Source: Gekko japonicus (Eukaryota). Taken from it: a DNA stretch of 64,000 bases. Positions 53,749 through 64,000 of the stretch are shown piece after piece. Numbering within the stretch: the stretch's first letter is position 1; every line of letters begins with the position of its first letter. The stretch lies in assembly GCF_001447785.1 (NCBI RefSeq), contig NW_015169777.1:186001-250000 (forward strand). Reading direction: 5' to 3'. The position numbers and the translations under genes were made by a program. Under the pieces are notes generated by a model. That model was not told the DNA's origin and made no database searches. It saw nothing but the letters and a program-made list of their open reading frames with translations.

Positions 53749-53920
53749 CTGTTCAGCAACCAGCGCATCTGTGGGGAGTTGAATTTTATTCTGAATCAAT
53801 CCCACCCGGACAACACGTGGCTGCCTCAACTGTTCCAGTTCAGCTTGAAATCCATAGCCCAGTAGTTCAAAGTTCCTTTCAGCAGCTGCTGATGTAGCAA
53901 CAGAAGGCAAATCCACTGGC
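53749..53920 (-). CDS. UPB1: UPB1 exon 2
   Basis: (R)PVDLPSVATSAAAERNFELLGYGFQAELEQLRQPRVVRVGLIQNKIQLPTDALVAEQ, 172 nt. Confidence 0.96.
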
Positions 53921-54890
53921 CTGGAAAGACAACATAGAACACAGAAGAACATTCTACCTTCCCTCTGTTGTATGCCAACAGCAATTTAGCGGGCGAGGGG
54001 GGGGGAGACAAATAAAAAATGCAGAGCAGGGCCTACCAGAGGGATAAGCAAGCTGTAGGAAGGTTAGGCAGCTAGCTTGACCCAGATTCACTCACTCGTT
54101 CCTTCATGCCCTCCTTGTGTGATACTGAGTAATTTACCAAGCAATTGCAAGGTCACAGAAATGTATTTTTGATTAAAGTCTTTTAAATGATAAAGGTTTT
54201 TTTTAATTGTCTGCCTCTTTCTGACAAGCAAACAGTACTCAAGAATGGGAAGTCACTACTGCATCTACAAAGAAATCAAATATGTGAATAATTCTCAATT
54301 TTTTTTGAAGTGGAACACACTTAACTTCCTTTTCAAGATTCACTTTCAAAATAATTCCATGCTACTTTCCTCCTTCCTCAGGATAAAACCTAGGAATCTC
54401 AGATCAGTTATCAGCTAACACTTTTATTTTCCATTTTTAATATTTAGAAATACAAGCCGTTACTGAGCAGCAAGCTGTACCTCATGGGCATTTGCACATT
54501 ATGCAGAAGCAAACCCAAATTTGCCACATGGCCTCTGCTCCCAGCTCAACCTGATCCTTTGCCTCCCACTTATCCTCTCAACCCACCCACAGTCTGTGGA
54601 AAGTATTCATGATCACAAATGTGGAATCCTTATATAGTGCCCCCTGGTACCTAGAAATAGAAACTTAGCAATTAATTTGTGGGAATTTTAATCAACCTCC
54701 ATAGCACAGCAGCATAATTAATGGAAAAACCAAGGTCACCCCTGAAAGCTAAGTGCTCTGCAGGCAGCTTACTGTGCTCCACTCTGTGACTTCTGAGCTG
54801 ATTGCAGCATTACATGTGGATTCATTTGGGGGAGGGTGCCTTAGCATGAGGAACTGGACAAGATGGCCTTTGGGTTTTCTTCAATGTTCA

Positions 54891-55305
54891 CAGGGATCAT
54901 TTCCTGTAAAAGCGCACAGGAGCGGAGTTCCGGTAGTAAAGAGCCCAGGGGGTAGGCACATGCAGCAAGCCCCGCCCCCTGCTCCCAGCAGCCCCGGACC
55001 ACAAGGAGAAAGAAGCAGCCAGGTAAGTTGCAGAGCCCCCCCCCCCCAATAGCAATCCAAAACAGTCCAGTGGCACCTTTAAGGCCAAGTTTTATTCAGA
55101 TACAAGCTCTCCCTCCTCTGTGAGGGCAGATCTGCGTGTGTGTGTCCCCCAATAGCTAGCAATCCAAAAGAGTCCAGTGGATCCTGAGCGGTGGGTGTTG
55201 CCTTCTGACACACTTCCGGTGATGTCAGGGGGTGTGGCATATAAGTTATGCTAATGAGTTATGCTAATGAGCTCCTGTACCTCTTTTTCTACAAAATGAC
55301 ACCTG
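54891..55305. mobile_element. hAT MITE, copy 2 of the 803-1187 family
   Basis: CAGGGATCATTT...AAATGACACCTG; TSD AATGTTCA / AGTGTTCA. Confidence 0.85.
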
Positions 55306-56899
55306 AGTGTTCATAAACTATTAATTTTATAAAACTAGTGTCATCATGGATGAATGAATATCTGTCAAAAATCAAAACAGGACACCATGAGAAGAGTTTG
55401 CTCAGGAGCATTTACCACCCTGAGCACCCCCACACACGTCCCAGAGCTACTGTTGAGAGAGGCCATAAAAATGGTGGTAGAGGCATGCTGCTGGCTCAGA
55501 AAGGAGTCAAAAATAGTGTCTACACAAAAAAAAAAATTCAAAGCTTCACCAAATGCTTGGCCCTCAATCAACCTGGTGTGTGATTGACTGAGCAAGGGGT
55601 TGGGGCTCTTAGTAGTTTGACGGTTCTTCTTCAAAGTAATTGTGGAATGACTAGAATGGGAGCCAACAGTCAACGGCTTTCAATTCTCAACAGTACTAAG
55701 AAATGAGGGTAACCGTTTATGTGAAAGGGCTTCAGTTCAGACCCCTGGCAAGCAGAAATTGAGGTGAAGATTTTCATTGCATCTGCATGGTGCAAAACCC
55801 TATACCTACCGAATTTCTTCTTGCTGCACAATTGTTAAAAGCACAAGAGACATGCTAGAGAAAAACCAATCCTTACTATTTCACCATACAAGGACATGAC
55901 TGGGACAACTATAGCAGGTGAAAGGGGTAAATTGTTTCAAGGAATGGATCAAGTGTCCCCCAAAGGTTTGCTATTTAACATCTTTCTGCATCAGTTTAAC
56001 TATATTAAAGTGCAGAAAATGTTGTGTTACTTCACAATACCACTTGCCTTAAAAACCATCAAAATACCCACTAAATAGCATTTTTATTTCCTCAGCATGC
56101 AAACACCATTATGAAGGAAGCTGTTCTGCTGAATTGCTCTTTGTCAGTTGCACTGGAGTTTGCATCATCTGAGTGTCCCTCTATTCCAGTAATTTTGCGT
56201 TTTCTGTACGGCAAGAAAAGTTTCAACATGTGCCACTACTGGACCCACATAAGTACTGCCAAGGGGGGAAATGTGCCTTTCATTTACAGAGAGGACAAGT
56301 TCACATTTAATAAAGGTGTTGCAGGATGGGAGGGGGGACATGATGAAGGACACTTAACAGCACAGAAGATCCTACCCTCTTAACCCACTTAAGGGCTTTA
56401 AAGAAGGCAACTGCTGAACAGTCAAATGCCAACAAAACAAATTCATGAGCTCGACTAACATACAGCAGTGAATTACTTTAAATCCCCCTTAAACCTTAAG
56501 ACTGTTCGATTATATTCAGATCATCTCTCCTGAACAACGGGGGGGGGGGGGTTGGGGGGGGGGAAAAAGAGGGCTCATAACAGAGACACCCAAGCCCTTG
56601 ATCTACAAAATTGAAATTCCTATGTTGTGGCCTGAACCACCCCCTTTGGTTGTTTTTCGTACTTCATCATGCAGCCCGATAAAGAGTTCAAAGGCACTTG
56701 AAATCCCCTTTAAGATTTCGAAACGGGATTTGCAGTTTTGCCTAATACGACCACCAAATATTCGACCCCGCCTCCGCCCACGCCAGTTTATGTTGCAATA
56801 ATGTATTACGTGTAACTGTTTTCACATTCTTTTCAACAAAATCTATTTTTACAAGAAATTATAGCAGCAGCCCGCAACCTCCCTAAAAGGGCCAACCCT

Positions 56900-57570
56900 C
56901 TTCTCTGGGACCTCAGTGTCACGGCCACCCCCGCAAGCACAGAGGGCTGACGCCGCCGCAGGCTGTCGCTCGCCCATGCCTCTCGGCCAGGGTGTGTCTG
57001 CCGACGCAGAGCCTGTCGGGACATGTAGTTCTAAGCGAACCTGACGTGCTCCCCGTAGAGGATCCGCTTCACTTCTCCGAGTTGCTCGGCAGGTAGATAG
57101 CGCTCTAGACATCGACTTAACGAATCTACGCCAGCTGCCATGTCCCCCGTACGAGCGAGCCACTGCCCAGGGCAAACCGTCGACGAAATGACCGTTGCTC
57201 TCGGAGGAGGGTCTTTAAGGAGAGGCGCCTCACAAGGCTTTCACCGCCCATTTTGGCGGGCTTCGCTGCAACTGAATGGGGGAGGGGGGAGTGGTCCAGC
57301 TCCGAGCACGGCCTCTGGGGCGGGAAAACTAGAACCGCGTGAGGCGAGCTAGCTCTGTGCTCCACTTTCCAGTCAATTGCTGCAGATGAAGCTCTGTCTT
57401 AAGAGAAGGCGCGCATGTATTAGTAAGCCTTAGTTCATACGTGCAGAAGAACCAGGAAGAAGTGCTCTGAGCTGGTAGAGCGAATTACATTAATTTAAGG
57501 CCGCACTTGCTAGATTCGAGCTTTGGGAGTTGCTTGACCACCCACGGGTGCGCGCCCACGTACCTGTCTC
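56900..57570 (-). promoter_or_regulatory. UPB1 CpG-island promoter
   Basis: CpG-rich around exon 1; GC boxes; ACTACAnnTCCC-type motif at 57005-57030. Confidence 0.75.
57041..57141 (-). CDS. UPB1: UPB1 exon 1
   Basis: gacATGG; MAAGVDSLSRCLERYLPAEQLGEVKRILYGEHV(R), 101 nt, phase matches exon 2. Confidence 0.93.
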
Positions 57571-57938
57571 TACAATAGAAAATTCACACAGCTTTGCTTG
57601 CTGTTCTTTGTTTTTTAATTTACAGGGTATTTTTCACACGGGGGAGGATTCAAAAGGCCATCTTTCATCTGCAGTCTGAATTTGAGGCTATCAATCCCAG
57701 AAAAGAAGGCTATGGCTTTTGAGAAGCGCCCAAACGGAAAAAGAGTAGAGAATACCTGGAACCGACAGAAGGAGCAGTGGAGTGTGTGGTATTTGAGACT
57801 TACGTGGGGATTGGCATTTTGCTTCTCTACAATGCAGCTGAATCTAAAAGTTCTTTTTGGCTTTTTTCCTCAGGTGTATTCTGTACATTAATTTCAGGAC
57901 TTCTGCATAACCCATTGGTACTTGTACGTACTTGAGAT

Positions 57939-58144
57939 CAATGCTCCCTCTAACCTGTGGAGTCTTGTGAGCAAAAATTCTACTTTGTGAGCTACTGGCA
58001 TTAAAGTTATGAGCAAGTGATTTGGCTACTGCATAAATTAGTTTGCTCTGCAGCCATCCATCCTGAGCTAAGACAAAAGTGTGTAAGCTGGAGGCTAAAA
58101 AATTGTGAGCTAGCTCACACTAACTCAGCTTAGAGGGAACACTG
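57939..58144. mobile_element. hAT MITE (copy 2 of the 31850 family)
   Basis: Same internal sequence; TSD CTTGAGAT / CTTGAGAC. Confidence 0.88.
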
Positions 58145-58271
58145 CTTGAGACTGGCATACAGGAAAGTACTAAATAAGCAGTGTCATGTCTGTGGGATAA
58201 GGATATGTGCCTCACTTTTCTACACACATACATAGCACATGCTTCCAACTCATATCTGACAAAGATATGTG

Positions 58272-59372
58272 CAGGGCCGGCCTGCTCACTTCACTAGGCG
58301 AACTAGACTTTCGCCTAGTGTGGGCCGAACATGAGGGCGCTGAGCTGCCCCCCCCGCCACCAAAAGCCCTGCGTGCTGCATCACCCCCTGACCCCAGCCA
58401 CCACCTCTTTCTCCCCCCCGGCCGTCTTCATCCTGAACTGCCCTGACAGCCGCCGCCCTCCCCCCCACCAAAAGCTCCCACCCCACCAAAAACAGCTGTA
58501 GAATGGTAGACAGTGCTAAAATAGCGCAAGAGGGGAAAGATGTGCTGGGAATCCACAGTGCGCCCCTTCCCACCGGTGCGCTTCGTCTCGTGCCCCCACC
58601 TCCTCCCTCCTTCTCAGCGTGCCCCTTCCCGCCAGTCCACGAGGGCGCCATGGACTGCAAGCGGAGCTCCAGCGTGTGCCTGGCTGACCTGGCCGCTCTG
58701 TACACTGGAGGAGGAGGCAGCACCTGCCCCCACTGAGACCTCCTTGCAAGAAAAAGTGCCCAGAAACCCACGTTCAGGAAAGGAGGGGGGGAGGACGGTC
58801 GGCACCTGAGGTGGAAGCCGGAGCCATTCTCCGCAAGCAACCAGGGCGGCTTTTGGGGAAAATGGGGAAAAGGGAAATCTTGCCCATCCCCTTCGGGCCC
58901 GAGCACGTAGCAGCGGCGCTCAAGTTGGGTGCGGAGAGCCCCTTCGCCTCCTCTTTGGGCGGTGGGCCGGGAGCCGGTGCTGCGGCGGGAGCGGGCCGAG
59001 TCTCTCCAGGTGCCGCCGGTGGCCAGCTCACCCATGTTCATCTCAGCCGCCACCTATGGGCTGGGTGGGGAGGTCCCGGCGTCCGCTGTCTTCCCAGCCC
59101 TGTACGAACCCCCGCTGCTGCCGCTCAGTATACAAATGCGCCTGGGGTTGGCCATGGTGGCGGCAGCCGAGTTCTACGGGCGTGTTGAGCCTTTCCGCGC
59201 CTCTGTGGCTGCCTTCGAGGCGCCCTTCGCCCCCACACCAACAGCCTACCTGGCAGCGGCAGTGGTCCTACAGCAGCAGCACCCTGTGTCAGGGGCACCC
59301 CCCCTCCCCCAGTGAGGGGGGCACCACAAGCTAGCCTTGCCTAGTGCTCAAAAAAACTTCGGGCCGGCCCTG
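58272..59372. mobile_element. 1.1-kb non-autonomous hAT element with GC-rich, coding-like cargo
   Basis: TIRs CAGGGCCGGCC / GGCCGGCCCTG; perfect 8-bp TSD GATATGTG (58264-58271, 59373-59380); no recognisable transposase. Confidence 0.88.
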
Positions 59373-59380
59373 GATATGTG

Positions 59381-59533
59381 CTTGAGGGGCAACAGTGGAG
59401 GGCTTCTGGAGATCTGGCCCTGCTGGTCGACCTCCTGATGGCACCTGTTTTTTGGCCAATATGTGACACAGTGTTGGACTGGATGGGGCATTGGCCTGAT
59501 CTATCATGGCATCTCATGTTCTCTTATGTTCTT
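59381..59533 (+). mobile_element. CR1 3' UTR fragment
   Basis: Similar to 18980-19125; ends tcttatgttctt. Confidence 0.75.
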
Positions 59534-60717
59534 AAAAGAGAGTTTTGACTCTCAAAAGCTCATACCCCTAAAATCCAGGGTGCTACTGGACTTGAATCTG
59601 GTTGTTCTACTGCAGACCAACACAGCTACCCTTTGAAACAATAGAGTTTGTACTACACTTTAAAATTCCAAGTATGACTGAAGTACTTTACATTAGCAGC
59701 TTTAACAAAACAATAATTTTTTAAAAATTTAAATTACATCAAAAAAGAAAATACAGATTGTGCTACACAACAGAAGGGCTTGCATGTTTATAAAAGACAG
59801 AACAGCTAAAATAATGGTTTTCATCCTCAGCAAAAAAAGCTCTGAGGATATCTGTGTCGTCAGCTGTGTTTTTACTTCAGAGATGTCTTTGAAGAGAATA
59901 TGCTTCTCCCAAGAATATTTGCTACTTAATTAGAGCCCTTTGGAGATACATTTTATACCCCAGTAATGTCAACAGCAAAATTCTCACTAAATTTAGTAGA
60001 CTGTATAGTTTGCTGCCTTGGTAATATATATCTTAGATCATTACATCTTTTAAAAGCATTTTGTGCTAAGTAAAGCACAGCTATGCACTGAGAACAGACA
60101 ACTTTTTCACACAAGGTCATGTTTTTCATTACATGAACCTTCTCTTTAAGAACAGTGTGACACATCGTAAGTGCCAGAAGTCGTAATGATTAACCATGCT
60201 CACCAATTGATTCTGAGTGCTTGGTTATCGCTGGAAAATCATCCGGCAGCCCACAAACCTTAATCTTCCACACAAATCAGGAGTTGCTGTCCAATACCAA
60301 ATTACATTCAGACCCAACTGTTAATGTACACTGGCTAATAAAAAGAATAGATCCAATAGTCAGATACCACTTTTAAAGCCAAGTTCTTCCCATACTTTAG
60401 TAACTCCTGAGCCAGTCTTGTGCTTGCGGATATACATATTACATTAATTCTGTGTACATCTAACTCCTTTGAGGAGACTGGTATCCCTACCCAAGATTTT
60501 TTTTATACATATATATATGTATACATATATATTCCTACCCAAGATTTTTTTACACACACACACACACACACATCTCTTTCACATAGTGAACCATTCTTAG
60601 AACATACTACTGACAGGCTTTTCCAGTTAAATATTAATCTTCTTAAATCAAACTGTCAGAGGAAGAATGACTAATATTTAACTTTAATCCAAATACAAAA
60701 AATCCATGGGTAATCTA

Positions 60718-60937
60718 NNNNNNNNNNNNNNNNNNNNNNNNNNNNNNNNNNNNNNNNNNNNNNNNNNNNNNNNNNNNNNNNNNNNNNNNNNNNNNNNNNN
60801 NNNNNNNNNNNNNNNNNNNNNNNNNNNNNNNNNNNNNNNNNNNNNNNNNNNNNNNNNNNNNNNNNNNNNNNNNNNNNNNNNNNNNNNNNNNNNNNNNNNN
60901 NNNNNNNNNNNNNNNNNNNNNNNNNNNNNNNNNNNNN
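60718..60937. other. Assembly gap (220 N)
   Basis: N run. Confidence 0.99.
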
Positions 60938-61092
60938 TCCCATGGGAAACTTCTTTTCCCTCAAGTACTCTTAAGTGTAAACTTTTTGCTTTACCCAGCT
61001 ACACATTCTTTTATCCTCAAAATTAACATACTATAAAGGGAAAAAGAGGCATGTTTTAGGGGGGAATGAGAAATGAATTAGATGCTGCTAAA

Positions 61093-61368
61093 AGAGGAGG
61101 AGGAGGAGGAAGAGATTGGATTTATACCCTGCCCTTCACTACCCAAAGGAGTCTCAGAGTGGTTTACAACCTCCTTTCCCTCCCCACAACAGCTGTGAGG
61201 TAGGTGAGGCTGAGAGAGCTCTCTCGAGAACTGCCCTTGAGAGAACAGCTCTGAAAGAACTTATGACTGACCCAAGGTCACTCCAGCAGCTGCACGTGGA
61301 GGAGTGGGGAATCAAACCCTGTTCTCCCAGATTAGAATCTGAACTCCTAACCACTACACCAAACTGCC
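61093..61368 (-). mobile_element. Squam3/CORE-type SINE
   Basis: Reverse-complement similarity to 15024-15300. Confidence 0.78.
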
Positions 61369-63479
61369 ATTACTGAATCCCATTGGAGGGCATAGCCAGT
61401 TGTTTAAAAATAGTGGGAATTGTCTCAGAGAAAGCAGGGAGTAATATTTCTTGGTACACAGGTTCAGACAACAAGAATGAAGAACAGCTTAAAAGAATTT
61501 TAATACAAGGAACAACTTAAATATCTTGTACAGCAGTTTCTAAGCTTAGAACTAACAAAGGTCATGTGACTGTAGAAGGGAAAGCCCCCAAATTACCAGT
61601 TCCTTATTATTTTTAAATGTAATTGAATGTCTCTCAATTATAAATTCTTTCATTACAGGTAAGAATCTTAATCATGTTGGACAACAAAAGGTTACATAAG
61701 CACTTTAGCTGGAGTGGTCCAACGTTGCTTAATCTGAAGAAGCAAGGTGCTATTTATTCTAAATTAACAAAGACAAATATATGTATGCCCCCCCCCTCCA
61801 CAGCCCTGCTCTATACAGCTCTCAAAGTAAAGACAACAGTAAATCATCAAAACATCAGCCATAACAGTTATAAATAAAACGACTGAAAAGAACACCATGG
61901 GCATCATGACAGCATAATATTCAGTAGCATAATATTGGCCAGCATTGATGAGATAGTGGGAAACCTGTAGGAAAGTAGTCACATGTGCTTTGGCAGAATA
62001 TTCCACAATGCTGACTGAGCCCCAAGCCTTTATGGTTCTCCTATCTGTAAGAGACAGTGCTGCGATCTAAGGATATAGTTAGATACATCATCATAAATCT
62101 CATTGACAATGTTTCTATTATCCTTAGGAGCTAATTAATCTCTATGCATACACAGGGATAAGTTCCTATAGAAAGATACTGCCTAAAGTGGAGCTGGTGG
62201 GCGGACACACCCTGCAAAGGGACGGAGAGAGTAGTATTCCCATGAACAAGATGCTCAAGAAAAAATATAGAGTAGGTGGTCCTCCTCAGTATATCTTCAC
62301 ACATTTCTCTTTAGTTAACTAATTTCTCTAAACTTTATCAAAGTAACTTTTCTGTGAAAACATGGCCCAAAATATTAGTCAAAACTCCAATATACTCAGA
62401 AATTCTACCCACTTCTAAAATAAAGATTTTATTATTTAGGCTTATGTAGCAAGTCTGAACATTTTGGCTACTGATCACTGGTACGCCAGTCTCCACTCCA
62501 AAAGGTCACTTTCAGCTTGGAATAAGCTCCCTGGCATTACATAGCGTTTGCTCATTAGATTCTGGGAACTTGTCTAAAGAGGATAGTTGTGCTTTGGTAT
62601 TAATTCAATATGTCCTGTACAAACCGCACACTCCAGAACAAAAATATATAAATAAATAACCCACAGAGCTGTTTTAGTGTCCGTCTCCTGAAAGAGGTCA
62701 CATAGCTGAACTCTTCAAGTTATGTTTCTATTCTTAGCTTGAACTTTCAGCAACTTCTCTTTTGATGGCTTGTTTGTTTGCAAAATGGCTTAAAGTATGT
62801 GCATAGGAAGCAGACTTCATTGCAGTTAATGTGAAGACTGATAAGAATACCATGCGAAAGCAAGGAAGATGTTTTATAAGATACATTTCCTTTCATAAGA
62901 GAAAACCCCAACTTTGATACACTGAATCTTCCACTTCATGACAATGCTACAACATTAGGAGTTCAGTGTGGCTCAGGCCAAATTAGTTCTTGTCACCAGA
63001 TTGTGCTTGGATAAAGAAATAATCCATCCAGAAAAATGTTCTCAAACACAGAATTCATGTACTCATAAAATGCAATATACTGGTAACAAAATACTTTTGG
63101 AGTAAACGGTATGCAGCCTGTAGCCTCCAAAAGGCAAAGTTGACTTCTGAAGAGAATGGTCAGGACCAGACCTACCATTAGGCAGAGTGAGATGGCTCAC
63201 CTCAGGTGGAAGATTTTATTGGTTCACTGTTGGCAACTATCTGGTTTATTTTTAACTTTCTGCATCTGGCAACAAGATGTCCACACTGTCTAACAATCTA
63301 ACAGTATTTAAAAAAATACAAAATAGATAAAAATAAATAACTTTCCTATGCACACTTTAGGGACAGCTCCATATACAACCCTTCACACATTATGCTTCAA
63401 GGAGTCAGCTGTAGGGTTTACTGTCCTTTCCCAAATACCAAGTGACCCATCTGGCATCTGATTTACAGGAGCGGGCCCT

Positions 63480-63905
63480 TACAACCCGTTCCTTGAATCC
63501 CAATGTGACATAAATATGCCACCTCGTTAGACCTACTTGAGGCAGCTCACAACTAAGACAAAACAAAACCAAGACAATAAAAGCAATCTAGTAAAATAGG
63601 CCAAGTCGATACGATAAAAAGAAGTAAATAAAAATATAAAAGCAGATAAAACAGAACAGTCTAATACAACAGTTCACAGACTAGAATTATACCGTAAAAC
63701 AGTTTTAAATGATGGAATCCCTTATATGAAAGCCTGGGAGAAAAGTTTTGGCCTGATGACTAAAGGAAAGAAAGGTAGGTGTCTGCTGAGCCTCAAGGGA
63801 AGGGCATTCCAAAGGCGAGGTGCCACCAACCAAAAAGCCTAGTCTCAGGTCACCATATACATCACCTCTGCAGGCAGGGGCAAGGACAGAAGGGTTTGAG
63901 GAGAT
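63480..63905 (-). mobile_element. L2-like LINE 3' fragment
   Basis: gggaagggcattccaaaggcgaggtgccacc ORF2-end motif with an A-rich UTR on the plus strand; boundaries approximate. Confidence 0.5.
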
Positions 63906-64000
63906 CTTGTGAATGGAACCCTAATGATTCCAAGTTTTCATAAGGCCATTTAAAAGAGTTTACTTTATGCCAGTTTCTTCCCATGACTATAATTAATGTG

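Noticed and set aside
57126-57251. Out-of-frame uORF overlapping the UPB1 start
   Set aside because: The ATG is 110 nt upstream in a YY1-like motif and may precede the TSS; no way to place it in the mRNA
58286-59053. 255-aa minus-strand ORF as a transposase
   Set aside because: No BED finger, DDE or hAT dimerisation motifs; stop-poor because of GC content

Overview
Vertebrate genomic DNA from a squamate reptile (Sauria SINEs and Squam3/CORE-type SINEs; probably a gecko). It holds the block syntenic with human 22q11.23. LRRC75B (+) has three visible coding exons at 3914-9183, and its first exon is probably hidden in the N gap at 2126-2539. SNRPD3 (-) is complete at 126 aa (10705-12293). A shared CpG-island bidirectional promoter follows, then GUCD1 (+, 6 coding exons, 237 aa, 13527-24567) and UPB1 (-, 10 coding exons, 383 aa, 28035-57141). 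All exon chains were assembled by hand with GT-AG boundaries and consistent phases. Introns and intergenic DNA are dense with mobile elements: hAT MITEs with 8-bp TSDs, Harbinger-like MITEs with 3-bp TSDs, CR1/RTE/L2 fragments, a decayed Penelope-like element and two copies of one Gypsy-type LTR family. The most notable observations are: (1) a 1.1-kb hAT element with perfect TSDs that appears to carry captured coding-like host sequence just upstream of UPB1; (2) a minimal hammerhead ribozyme with an intact core in a Penelope-derived repeat, while every copy in the host-sense orientation is broken; (3) a sense-oriented LTR with promoter and polyA motifs ending about 37 nt before the UPB1 exon 4 acceptor. 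Most ORFs in the supplied track are spurious. Repeat family names come from recalled consensus features, not from a database search.
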